Source of the DNA: Candidatus Sericytochromatia bacterium
GTDB lineage: Bacteria > Cyanobacteriota > Sericytochromatia > S15B-MN24 > JAQBPE01
Assembly: GCA_035285125.1 (NCBI GenBank)
Contig: JAYKHR010000060.1
Location: 9,293-73,292 of the forward strand
Length of the DNA stretch: 64,000 bases
Direction of reading: 5' to 3'
This document shows, piece by piece, positions 28,497 to 37,520 of the stretch. The notes beneath the pieces are model-generated. The model worked only from the letters and a program-made list of their open reading frames with translations. It was not told the origin of the DNA and searched no databases. The first letter of the stretch is position 1, and each line of letters opens with the position of its first letter. Position numbers and translations under genes: made by a program.

Positions 28497-29777
28497 ATGC
28501 TGAGCCCCTGCCTCGCCGCGTTCGCGGCCCTCGCCGTCGTCACCTCGCTCGCCGCGCCTGCCCCGAAGGCCGCCACCGCCGCTCCCACGCTCGCCTACGA
28601 GCGCGATGCAGCGTTGTTCCTGAAGCAGCACCACGCCCGGGCGGCCCGCACCCCTGGCCTCTTTCTGGCGCGCAAGTACGCGGCGATGTCCGACTCCGCC
28701 GTGGGCTTCTTCCGGGGCTCAGCGCCGCTCTTTTACCGCGACCTGGCCGAGCACCCCGCGCTGTCCTCGCCCGTCGTCATCCCGATCTCGGGAGACCTCC
28801 ACCTCGAGAACATGTCGGCCTTTCGCAACTCCCAGGGCATTTACACCTTCGACCTCGACGACTTCGACGAGGCGGTCGACGCACCCTACACCTGGGAGCT
28901 CGTTCGCCTGCTGATCAGCCTGCGCCTGCACGCGCGGGAGGCCAACCTGTCGGGCGCGGCCAGCGACAGGCTGGCGCGCCGGCTGCTGAAGGGCTACGTG
29001 GAGCGCCTGGCCGCCCTGGCCGCAGATCCGGCGCCGCTCGCCAGGCCTGTGGCCGCGCGCGAGGTGCCGGGCCCAGCTGCCCAGGCCATCGCCGCGGCCA
29101 CGCGTGGCAAGCGCGCCGCCTTCCTCGCCAGGTTCTCGGAGCACGGCCGGCTGCGGACGGGCAAGAAGGTGGTGACCCTCGACCCTTCCACCTCCCGTGG
29201 CGTGACGCAGGCCCTCGAGGCATATGCCCTCCGTCGCCCCGAGCCCGTCGGGTTCTTCAAGGTGAAGGACGTGGCGCGCCGCATGGCAGGCCTCGCCAGC
29301 CTGTCGCGGCACCGCTACCTCGCGCTCGTCGAGGGGCCTGGGCCTGGGGATGCCGACGACGTCTTGCTGGACCTCAAGGAGGCCGGCCCACCGGCTGCGG
29401 GGCCCTGGGTCAAGGCCACCGGGCGCTCGGACGGCGAGCGCGTGAAGCGGGCCTGGGATCGCTTCGTGCCCAACGCCGACCGGTTCCTGGGCGTGGTGTC
29501 CGCGGGGGGCGGCAGTCTCGTCGTGCGGGAGCTCACGCCCTGGCATGGCGAGGTGGCGGTGGACGAACTCAAGACCGAGGCCCGCTTCAGCCGATACATT
29601 GACGCCGCGGCGCTCGTGACGGCCCGCGCCCACGCGCGCTCGGGGCGGGTGCCGGCCATCCTGGCGGACGCGGGCACCCCGGACGCGCTGTTCAAGCGCC
29701 TGGCCACCTTCAGCGACTCGTATGCCCGGCAGGTGGAGTCCGACCGCGAGATCTGGCGGACCTACATGGACCCCTGA
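28497..29777 (+). CDS. DUF2252-family (kinase-like fold) protein with an N-terminal signal peptide
   Basis: KYAAMSDSAVGFFRGS, GDLHLEN, FDLDDFDEA, WELVRL, LDLKEA, ARAHARS. N-terminus MLSPCLAAFAALAVVTSLAAPA. Confidence 0.82.
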   Translation: MLSPCLAAFAALAVVTSLAAPAPKAATAAPTLAYERDAALFLKQHHARAARTPGLFLARKYAAMSDSAVGFFRGSAPLFYRDLAEHPALSSPVVIPISGDLHLENMSAFRNSQGIYTFDLDDFDEAVDAPYTWELVRLLISLRLHAREANLSGAASDRLARRLLKGYVERLAALAADPAPLARPVAAREVPGPAAQAIAAATRGKRAAFLARFSEHGRLRTGKKVVTLDPSTSRGVTQALEAYALRRPEPVGFFKVKDVARRMAGLASLSRHRYLALVEGPGPGDADDVLLDLKEAGPPAAGPWVKATGRSDGERVKRAWDRFVPNADRFLGVVSAGGGSLVVRELTPWHGEVAVDELKTEARFSRYIDAAALVTARAHARSGRVPAILADAGTPDALFKRLATFSDSYARQVESDREIWRTYMDP

Positions 29778-29784
29778 CGGGGTG

Positions 29785-30903
29785 TCAGGCCTCCGTCACG
29801 ACCACGAAGGGATCCACCTGGTGGAGGGCGTGGACGGGCACCCCGGGGCCGAGCTCGCGCTGCAGGTGGGCGGCCACCCAGGGCACGACGGGTTGCTCTG
29901 AGCCCACGTGGCCGACCTCGACCAGCGTCAGGCCTGCCGCAAGGGCGTCGAGGGCCGCGTGGTGACGCACCTCGCCCGTGACGTAGACGTCCGCGCCGAC
30001 GGCGAGGGCATCTTTCCAGTAGTCGCCGCCGCTGCCGCCGAGCCAGCACACCCGCCGCACCGCACGGGTGCTGGGGCCCACGACCCTCACAGCCGGCAGC
30101 CCGAGGGCTGATCGCACGCGTCGGGCGAAGCCCCCGAGCGGCTCGCTGGCGGGCAGGTCCCCGACGAGGCCGAACCCCTCGGGCCGCCCCGCCCCCTGGA
30201 GGGCGATCACGTCCAAGGCCGGGGCCTCGTAGGGGTGGGTGGCGCCGATCGCCGCGCGGACCGCCGCCAGTCGCTCGCCCGGCACGAGGAACTCGAGGCG
30301 GCGCTCGGCCGTCCGGGCCTGCCTGCCAACCTCGCCTGTCGCAGGCGTGGCGCCTGCCAGCGGCCGGAAGGTCCCCTCGGTGGCCCAGCCGTAGGCCGCC
30401 CGGTCGTATCCCCCCGAGGCGCCACCGCCGGCCTGCCAGACGGCCTCGCACAGCGCCTCGGCGTGGTCCCCTGGCACCTGCACCCCGACCTTGTAGCCAG
30501 GCTGCTCGCCGGTGCGGTGCATCAGGCCCGTCGGCGTGACGCCCAGCTTGTCGGCCAGGGCGTGGTTCACAGCCGTGACGTCCAGGTTCGTGTGGGCCGC
30601 GTAGAGGGCGCAGCCGCCGCGGATCAGGGTGGCAACGGTGCGTCCGGGCTCGCTGCGCAGGTCCAGGCTGCGGGCAGGCTTGAACAGCAGCGGGTGGTGG
30701 GTCACCAGGAGGTTGGACCCCTGGGCGATCGCCGCCTCCACCGCCTCCAGCGTGGGGTCCAGGGCCACCGTCACGCCCCTCAGCGGCTCCGTCGGGTCTC
30801 CCACCATCAGGCCGACGTTGTCCCAGCTCTCGGCCAGCCGCGGGGGCGCGAGCTCCACCATGCGGTCGATGACGGTCTGGATGCGGAGTTCGAGAGCGCT
30901 CAA
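29785..30903 (-). CDS. Nif3-like dinuclear metal-centre hexameric protein (YqfO-type, with PII-like insert)
   Basis: AESWDNVGL, THHPLLF, AHTNLD, HPYEAPA, GSGG, TGEVRHH, GHVGSE. Confidence 0.93.
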   Translation of the reverse strand: MSALELRIQTVIDRMVELAPPRLAESWDNVGLMVGDPTEPLRGVTVALDPTLEAVEAAIAQGSNLLVTHHPLLFKPARSLDLRSEPGRTVATLIRGGCALYAAHTNLDVTAVNHALADKLGVTPTGLMHRTGEQPGYKVGVQVPGDHAEALCEAVWQAGGGASGGYDRAAYGWATEGTFRPLAGATPATGEVGRQARTAERRLEFLVPGERLAAVRAAIGATHPYEAPALDVIALQGAGRPEGFGLVGDLPASEPLGGFARRVRSALGLPAVRVVGPSTRAVRRVCWLGGSGGDYWKDALAVGADVYVTGEVRHHAALDALAAGLTLVEVGHVGSEQPVVPWVAAHLQRELGPGVPVHALHQVDPFVVVTEA

Positions 30904-31037
30904 GGGGCCTCCTCGCCTCTGTGGTAGAATTCGAGATGCGTCAGCCGCCCCGGGAGCCCGCCAGGCCGCCGGCCTGGCGGAGGCGCTCCGCGCTGGACAG
31001 GACGACGGGGTGCAAGCCCCCCACAGGATGCCTCTCG

Positions 31038-32393
31038 ATGGCCAAGCAAGTATACATCAAGACCTACGGCTGCCAGATGAACCAGAACGACTCCGAGCGG
31101 ATGCTCGGGATGCTGGCTGAGGCTGGCTATGCCGCTTCTGACACGCCTTACATGGCGGATCTGGTGGTGGTGAACACCTGCGCCGTCCGCGAGAAGGCGG
31201 AGGACAAGCTCTTCTCCCTGCTCGGCGAGCTGCGCGAGATCAAGAGCCTCAAGCCCGATGCGGTGCTGGCCGTCGCCGGCTGCGTGGCCCAGTACATGGG
31301 CGAGCGCATCCGGCTTCGGGCGCCGCACGTCGACCTGGTCTTCGGCACGGAGAACCTCCACGAGTTGCCGACCCTGCTCGAAACCGTGCAGCGGGAGCGG
31401 GCGCCGATGGTGGCGCTGCGACCGTTCTCGGACGAGCTGCCCCCCGAGATGCCCGTGCTGCGCCAGGGTCGTCATTCGGCATGGATCACGGCCATCTACG
31501 GGTGCAATGATCGCTGCACCTACTGCATCGTCCCAAAGGTGCGCGGGGACCAGAAGTCGCGGGAGATTTCCGACGTGGTGCGCGAGGTCGAGCGGGTGGT
31601 GGCCGAGGGCATCGGTGAGGTTGTCCTGCTCGGCCAGAACATCAACGGCTACGGCAAGGACCTCGAGCCGCGCCGCTCGCTCGCCGACCTCATCGAGTCA
31701 ACGGCCGGCGTGAAGGGCGTCAAGCGGGTCCGCTGGCTCACGGGCCACCCGCGCGACCTCGATGAGGACCTCGTCCGGCGCATCGCCGCGCTGCCCAACG
31801 TGTGTGACTACTTCCACATTCCGAACCAGCACGGGGACGACGACGTGCTGCGGCAGATGGCGCGTGGCTACACGCGGGCCAAGTACCTCGCCAAGATCGA
31901 GCTGATCCGCAGCATCCTGCCTGACGCAGGTATCAGCACGGACCTCATCGTGGGGTTCCCCGGCGAGACCGAGGAGCAGTTCCAGCAGACGGTGTCGGTC
32001 GTGCGCGAGGTCCGCTTTGCGGCCGTCAACACGGCGGCTTACTCGCCCCGTCCTGGCACCTACGCGGCCACCCGGGCCGACCAGGTGTCCGAAGAGGTCA
32101 AGGACCGCCGGTTGCGTGAACTCAACGCGGTGGTCAACGAGGTCGCCACCACCGTCAGCCGGGCCATGGTCGGCTCGGTGCAAGAGGTGTACGTGGAGGG
32201 GCCCTCCTCGAAGGACCCCGCCGTGCTCACGGGGCGCGCCCGGAACAACCGCGTGGTGTTCTTCCCCGGGGACCCCTCGCTGGCCGGCGAGCTCGTGGCC
32301 GTGCGCATCCACGAGGCCCGCACCTGGACGCTGCGGGGCGAGTGCCTTGGCGTCGTCGCCCCAGGCGCCGGGCTGCCCGCGCTGGCGCGCTGA
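31038..32393 (+). CDS. miaB: tRNA-2-methylthio-N6-dimethylallyladenosine synthase
   Basis: TYGCQMN, NTCAVRE, radical-SAM motif GCNDRCTYCIVP, DLIVGFPGET, YSPRPGT, C-terminal TRAM domain. Confidence 0.96.
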   Translation: MAKQVYIKTYGCQMNQNDSERMLGMLAEAGYAASDTPYMADLVVVNTCAVREKAEDKLFSLLGELREIKSLKPDAVLAVAGCVAQYMGERIRLRAPHVDLVFGTENLHELPTLLETVQRERAPMVALRPFSDELPPEMPVLRQGRHSAWITAIYGCNDRCTYCIVPKVRGDQKSREISDVVREVERVVAEGIGEVVLLGQNINGYGKDLEPRRSLADLIESTAGVKGVKRVRWLTGHPRDLDEDLVRRIAALPNVCDYFHIPNQHGDDDVLRQMARGYTRAKYLAKIELIRSILPDAGISTDLIVGFPGETEEQFQQTVSVVREVRFAAVNTAAYSPRPGTYAATRADQVSEEVKDRRLRELNAVVNEVATTVSRAMVGSVQEVYVEGPSSKDPAVLTGRARNNRVVFFPGDPSLAGELVAVRIHEARTWTLRGECLGVVAPGAGLPALAR

Positions 32394-32424
32394 CGGGCGT
32401 CAAGCCGCTGAGCCGGCCTCAGAC

Positions 32425-32468
32425 ACGACGAGGCCCGTCCTAGCGGACGGGCCCCATCGTTGTTGTGT
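32425..32468. terminator. Hairpin between convergent miaB and the lipoprotein gene, probable terminator
   Basis: Perfect 9-bp stem GGCCCGTCC-tagc-GGACGGGCC (32432-32453), extendable by acgacga/tcgttgt. Confidence 0.6.
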
Positions 32469-32499
32469 GCGTGCGTGAACGGAAGGAGAGGGGAAAGGT

Positions 32500-33174
32500 T
32501 CAGAAGGCGCTGCCGTAGCCGGGCATCGTACCCGTGGGAGCGCCGTAGGGCGAGGGGGCGGCGCCGAAGCCCGGGGTGCCACCGGCCATCGAACCGAAGC
32601 CGGGGGTGCCGCCAGCCATGCCGCCGCCCATGGCGGGGTCGGAGGTGACGGAAACTTCCACGTCGTCCGTGGTCCACTTCTTGTCCTGGAAGTCGAAGGT
32701 CTGCGTCTCGTTGGCCTGCAGCGAGACCTGCTGAGTAATGGGCGCCGTCTTGGAGGTCTTCGAGCCGTTCCTGAAGGTCACGGTGAGTGTGCCCGTTCGG
32801 GGCGTCGCGCCGGGGTTGCTGACCTCCACCGTGCACTTGAAGGTGCCGATGCCGAACAGCACGCCGTTCTTCTTGGAGGCGACCCGCGCCGTGAGGTCTG
32901 GGCCCGCACCCATCCCAGGCGCCGTGCCGAAGCCGGGGGTGCCGCCGAAGCCGGGGGTGCCGCCGAAGCCGGGTTGGGTCGGCGTGGTACCGAAGCCGGG
33001 CTGGGTTGGCGTGGTGCCGAAGCCAGGCGTCGTCGGCGTCGTGCCGAAGCCGGGGTCCGAGAAGCCAGGGTCTTCGAAACCTGGGTCAACCTGGCTCGGG
33101 TTGTTGCCGCAGCCAGTCAGGAGGCCGGCAGCCACCACGGCCACCAGCAGCTTGGTCGTCGCACCATTGAACAT
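32500..33174 (-). CDS. Lipoprotein with PGFG repeats flanking an Ig-like beta domain
   Basis: LLTGC lipobox; ten PGF motifs; central beta-rich domain (FKCTVEVSNPG...TLTVTF...SLQANETQTFDF); GGAG upstream. Confidence 0.8.
   Translation of the reverse strand: MFNGATTKLLVAVVAAGLLTGCGNNPSQVDPGFEDPGFSDPGFGTTPTTPGFGTTPTQPGFGTTPTQPGFGGTPGFGGTPGFGTAPGMGAGPDLTARVASKKNGVLFGIGTFKCTVEVSNPGATPRTGTLTVTFRNGSKTSKTAPITQQVSLQANETQTFDFQDKKWTTDDVEVSVTSDPAMGGGMAGGTPGFGSMAGGTPGFGAAPSPYGAPTGTMPGYGSAF
32905..33087 (-). repeat. Coding tandem repeats (15, 18 and 27-bp units) encoding PGFG
   Basis: gccgaagccgggggt-type units recur through the interval. Confidence 0.85.
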
Positions 33175-33256
33175 TGGGGGGCTCCTTCTCGCAGTTCACG
33201 CAACCATCACGCACCTTGGATGGTTGTTTTGTCGCTCGCTGCCAGGAGAAGCTGAC

Positions 33257-33278
33257 GTTAATTCACAGTTAAAATTAA
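33257..33278. promoter_or_regulatory. TTAA-N7-TTAA motif upstream of the PGFG lipoprotein
   Basis: gTTAAttcacagTTAAaattaa, with TTAA at 33258 and 33269. Confidence 0.55.
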
Positions 33279-33304
33279 GGTGCTGCCCCGCCGAAGGCGC
33301 CGGA

Positions 33305-34375
33305 TCACCGCGCCGCTTCCAGCTTTTCAGCCCAGCGGCGATCCAGGATCTCGGCCACCCCGGCCACGTCCTCAACGTTCTTCACGGGCAGGAAGCGATC
33401 CTCGCGGGGCACGCACACGAAGCGCGTTGCCAGCACGGTGGAGAGGTCACCTGCGAGGTGCTCGAACTGGATCACCTTTTCGCCGTGGACCTGCTTCTCC
33501 ACCACGTACCAGGGCAACTCGGCGTCGCGGGCCAGGGCCTCGGCGTCGAAGACATAGTTCGCCGTGTTGAACACGCTGATACGGTCCTGATCGAAGCCCG
33601 GCGGGAAGGCGAAGCCCTCCACGAGTTGCAGGCGTCCATCGACGCGGGCAGGCGCCCCGCCCTGGTCGCCGGGGTTCTTGGCGGCGACCTCGACCGTCAT
33701 CTCGGCGCCGCTCAGGAGGTGGCCCCCGAGGATCACGGGGTCCACCGTGGCCCCGAGGTTGTCCACGTTCGAGAAGCACAGGTAACGGCCTCCCGCCGCC
33801 CGGAAGGCGTCAAGCTGGCCGCTTTCCTTGAAGGCGTAGGGGAAGTCGCCGTGCCCCGGGGCGGCCAGGCTCGGCTGGCCGTCCTCGACGTAGGCGCCGC
33901 CTCCGGGGGCCAGGCGGGGCATCTGGTACTGCTGGAACCGGTGGACCGTGCCCGGCTCCAGCCCGAAGCAGGCGTGCTCGGCCAGGTGGGCCGCGATGCC
34001 CTCGTCCGTGGCGAAGCTGGTCATCAGGTACACGGGCACCTTGGCCCCCAGCCGCGCGACGGCCTCGAGCTTCAAAGCGAGGAAGCTCCGGCCGTGCCAG
34101 ATCGGGTACAGGCCCTTGGGCCGGTCGTAACGAAACCGCGTGGCCATGCCGCCTGCCAGGATGACCACGCCCACCTGCCCCGCGGCAATTGCGCGCAAGC
34201 CGGCCTCGCGCTGGGCCTGCCAGGCCTCCGAGCCCGGCGCCGGGAGCGCGGCCATGTCAGCCGCGGCGGGTGGCTCCACCGCGCCGCTCAGCACGTTCGT
34301 CGCCCTGGACAGGGTGCCGGCCCGGAAGCGGGCCGCGAGGCCCTCGAACACGTCGTTGATGGTCGCCTGGTTCAT
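33305..34375 (-). CDS. UDPGP-family (eukaryote-type) UTP:sugar-1-phosphate uridylyltransferase
   Basis: VILAGGMATRF...PKG, FQQ, PGHGD, FSNVDNLGAT, FNTAN, IQFE, RFLPVK. Confidence 0.88.
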   Translation of the reverse strand: MNQATINDVFEGLAARFRAGTLSRATNVLSGAVEPPAAADMAALPAPGSEAWQAQREAGLRAIAAGQVGVVILAGGMATRFRYDRPKGLYPIWHGRSFLALKLEAVARLGAKVPVYLMTSFATDEGIAAHLAEHACFGLEPGTVHRFQQYQMPRLAPGGGAYVEDGQPSLAAPGHGDFPYAFKESGQLDAFRAAGGRYLCFSNVDNLGATVDPVILGGHLLSGAEMTVEVAAKNPGDQGGAPARVDGRLQLVEGFAFPPGFDQDRISVFNTANYVFDAEALARDAELPWYVVEKQVHGEKVIQFEHLAGDLSTVLATRFVCVPREDRFLPVKNVEDVAGVAEILDRRWAEKLEAAR

Positions 34376-34521
34376 CCTGTTCCTCCCCGCTGGTGTGGTT
34401 TTTGATCGTACCGCGTGGGCGGGGGTGGCTCAAGCCGGGGCCTGTCCGGCCTGCCGTTCGGCTGGTTGACGGCCAGGGGGCGCGGGGCTATAACCCTCTC
34501 GCGCACCGCGCAGGAGGCCCC

Positions 34522-34866
34522 TTGTCCCACTGCCTGTTCTGTCGTCTCGTCGCCGGGGAGATCCCCGCCCGCAAGGTCCATGAGGACGCCGATACGATCG
34601 CTTTCCATGATTTGCACCCGCAGGCCCCGACGCACGTGCTCGTGATTCCCAAGCGACACGTGGCCTGCTTCGCGGACCTCACGGCCGAGGACGGGCCCTT
34701 GCTCGGCGCCATGGCCGCCGCCGTCAACGCGGCTGCGCGGCAGGCGGGTCTCGAAGAGAGCGGCTTCCGCGTGGTGTGCAACAACGGCCGGGACGCAGGC
34801 CAGTCGGTCGATCACCTGCACTGGCACGTGCTCGGCGGCCGCGGGCTCGCCTGGCCGCCGGGCTGA
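34522..34866 (+). CDS. HIT (histidine triad) nucleotide-binding protein, HinT-like
   Basis: TTG start after AGGAGG; CLFC, AFHDLHPQAPTHVLVIPK, GQSVDHLHWHVLGGR, WPPG. Confidence 0.95.
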   Translation: MSHCLFCRLVAGEIPARKVHEDADTIAFHDLHPQAPTHVLVIPKRHVACFADLTAEDGPLLGAMAAAVNAAARQAGLEESGFRVVCNNGRDAGQSVDHLHWHVLGGRGLAWPPG

Positions 34867-34903
34867 GCCTCCCCCCACGTCTGGCGGGTATACTGGCAGC
34901 GGC

Positions 34904-36226
34904 ATGCCCCGCTTCGTTGCTCTTCGTTCCCTGGTGGGCGCGCTCGTCGCCGCCCCCGCGCTCGCGGGCTGTGACCTCGCGATCGCGGGCTTCCTCCTGC
35001 CCGGGCTGGGCCGGCCGCTCACGGGCCGCGTCGTCGACGCGCGCACCAGGCTGCCCGTGGGTGGTGCCACCGTGCTCGCCGGCCTCGGTCAGACCGTGAC
35101 GGACGGCCAGGGACACTTCCGGCTCTTCGGCAACTTTGCCAGCGACGAGGTTTCCGTGGCGCGGGCGGGCTACATCGCCCAGACCCAGGGTGGGATCCCG
35201 CTGAGCCCTGACGGCGACCTGGCGTTCACGCTGGAGCCGCTGTTCGTGCCAGCCAGCCCCTTGCCTGTCAGGTTCCTGCAGCTCTCCGGCCCCGTGACGG
35301 GCCTGGCGTCGCCCGTCGAGCCGGCCATGGTCTGCCTCGGAGGCACCTCGGTGGGCGTCTCGAACGGTGCCTACGCCATCGAGTACAAGGCGCCGGCGCC
35401 AGGCCGGATCCTCTCGGCGGTGCTGGCCCGGGGCACGCTCAGCGCGCCCTGGATCGAGGGCGTGGCAGCGCCGCAGCCTTTCCACTTTCTGCAGTTCGCC
35501 TACGAGGTCGGCTCGTGGCGGCTCGGCGACACCATTCCCGAGTCCGCCCAGACGCGCCCCGTTCAGATCGCGAGCCAGGTGCCCATCCAGCCCGTGCGCG
35601 TCAGCTACAGCAACCTGGGGGGCTTCGGCGGCGTCCAGACCGACGTCGCGCTCGACTTCGGCGTGCTGGGGTACGTGCCCGTGGCGCGGGCGCTCGCCAG
35701 CAGCCAGGGCCTGCCCGTGCCGGTGCTCGCCGGGCTGAAGTACGTCGTCACGGGGGAGGCGTCGGACGCGGCCGGCAAGACGAGCAGCCTGGTGACGCTC
35801 ACGACGAACGACCCGGGCCGCGCCACCTTCCAGCTGCTTTCCGTGCCCCGGGTGGTGGAGCCGACGGCCGGCGCGACGGGCGTCGGCCAGCGCCCCACCT
35901 TCAGGTGGACGCCGCTGGCTGTCGACGTCGAGTACGAGGTGCGCGTCCGCGAGGTGGGGGAGGCCCAGCTCAAGTGGGTCGGGCGCACCCGGTTCCCGGA
36001 GATCACCTACCCGGGGTTTGCGGCCAACGACATCAACGGCGGGGCCCTGCGACCGGACCGCAAGTACACGTGGAGCCTGCGGGCGATCGAGGTCCTGGAG
36101 GCGGGGGATGCCCCGGCCTCTCCCCGGTTCGCGCTCGCGGACCTCGCGGGGCCGCGGGTGCCCGTCAGGCCCTACAGGGTGCGGAAGCGAGAGGCCGAGG
36201 TGCGCGACATGGGGTTCTCGCTGTGA
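34904..36226 (+). CDS. Lipoprotein with a carboxypeptidase-regulatory-like beta-sandwich and a C-terminal FN3-like domain
   Basis: LAGC lipobox; LTGRVVDARTRLPVGGATV...TDGQGHF; RPTFRW...YEV...YTWSLRA. Confidence 0.7.
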   Translation: MPRFVALRSLVGALVAAPALAGCDLAIAGFLLPGLGRPLTGRVVDARTRLPVGGATVLAGLGQTVTDGQGHFRLFGNFASDEVSVARAGYIAQTQGGIPLSPDGDLAFTLEPLFVPASPLPVRFLQLSGPVTGLASPVEPAMVCLGGTSVGVSNGAYAIEYKAPAPGRILSAVLARGTLSAPWIEGVAAPQPFHFLQFAYEVGSWRLGDTIPESAQTRPVQIASQVPIQPVRVSYSNLGGFGGVQTDVALDFGVLGYVPVARALASSQGLPVPVLAGLKYVVTGEASDAAGKTSSLVTLTTNDPGRATFQLLSVPRVVEPTAGATGVGQRPTFRWTPLAVDVEYEVRVREVGEAQLKWVGRTRFPEITYPGFAANDINGGALRPDRKYTWSLRAIEVLEAGDAPASPRFALADLAGPRVPVRPYRVRKREAEVRDMGFSL

Positions 36227-37509
36227 GCGTCCGGCGCCTGCTGACCCTCGCCTGCGCCATGCTGGGCACCGCCGGCTGCGGCGGCTTTGCCGGGCTCTCG
36301 CCAGCCGGGTGGCCGCTCGCGGCCCCGCGCGGCCCCATCCGCGCGGGAGAGCTCATCGTGCACTGGGCCAGCCCCCCTGCGGAGGCGGAGGTGGCAGCCC
36401 TCCTGCAAAGGCTCGGCGGCACGCTCGAGCAGCGGCGGGACGCCCTCGGGCTGGTGCGGGTGCCCGTCGGGACCGAGGTCGAGCGCTGCCGGGCCGTACG
36501 AGGCTGGCCTGGGCTGGTCGGGGCCGAGCCGAACCGCGTCGTTCGCAGCCAGCAGCACGGTCGGCTGCGGCCGGCCCGGGGGCTGCTGGCCCGGCCGAAC
36601 GACCAGGCCCTGGCCGCGGCTTCCCCCCAGGCGGGCGTGGCCGCCACGTGGGGGCTGACGGCCATTCGGGCTGAGGCTGCTTGGGACGTCACGGCGGGAG
36701 ACCCCGGGGTGGTGGTCGCCGTCATCGACACGGGCGTGGACCTGAGCCACCCCGACCTCGCGGCCAACCTCGACCGGGCCGGGGCACGCAACTTCGTGGA
36801 GCCAGGGCAGCCCCCCGACGACGACTTCGGCCACGGCACCCACGTCGCGGGCATCGTGGCGGCCGTGGGCGACAACGGCCAGGGCGGCTGTGGGGTGGCC
36901 TGGCGCGGCCGTGTCCTGCCCATTCGCGTGCTGGGCGTCGATGGCACAGGCTCCACCTGGAACACGGTGGCTGCGCTCGACTACGCCGTCTCGCGCCAGG
37001 CCGCGGTGGTGAACCTCAGCCTGGGCTCGCCGGACTACAGCCCCCTGGAGGCCGAGGCCGTGCAGCGGGCCCTCCAGGCCGGGACGGTGGTCGTGGCGGC
37101 GGCGGGAAACGAGGCCGGCGACGGCAACTACCTGGAGTACCCGGCCTCGTACCCCGGCGTGGTCAGCGTGGCCGCCGTGGGGCCGGACCTCCGGCGGGCC
37201 GTCTTCTCGAACTTCAACAGCTGGGTGACGCTCGCTGCACCTGGGGTGGACGTCTTCTCGACGGTTCCGACGCGCCTCAGCCCCGGCGTGCCCTACGGCT
37301 ACCTCAGCGGCACCAGCATGGCGGCGCCGATGGTGGCAGGGGCTGCGGCCCTGCTGCTGACCCAGCAGCCCAGCTGGACCCCGGCCCAGGTGGTGGAGCG
37401 GCTCCGCCGCACGGCGCGGGAGCTGACGCCGTCGGGGGATCCCGTGCCTGGCTTCGATGTCTTCCACGGCGCGGGGTTGCTGGACGTCGGTCGGGCCCTG
37501 GGGCGATGA
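36223..37509 (+). CDS. Subtilisin-like S8 serine peptidase (probable lipoprotein)
   Basis: Catalytic triad VAVIDTG, HGTHVAG, SGTSMAAP; AAAGN oxyanion motif; TAGC lipobox; GTG start overlaps the upstream stop. Confidence 0.95.
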   Translation: MSVRRLLTLACAMLGTAGCGGFAGLSPAGWPLAAPRGPIRAGELIVHWASPPAEAEVAALLQRLGGTLEQRRDALGLVRVPVGTEVERCRAVRGWPGLVGAEPNRVVRSQQHGRLRPARGLLARPNDQALAAASPQAGVAATWGLTAIRAEAAWDVTAGDPGVVVAVIDTGVDLSHPDLAANLDRAGARNFVEPGQPPDDDFGHGTHVAGIVAAVGDNGQGGCGVAWRGRVLPIRVLGVDGTGSTWNTVAALDYAVSRQAAVVNLSLGSPDYSPLEAEAVQRALQAGTVVVAAAGNEAGDGNYLEYPASYPGVVSVAAVGPDLRRAVFSNFNSWVTLAAPGVDVFSTVPTRLSPGVPYGYLSGTSMAAPMVAGAAALLLTQQPSWTPAQVVERLRRTARELTPSGDPVPGFDVFHGAGLLDVGRALGR

Positions 37510-37520
37510 GAGGAGCAGAC

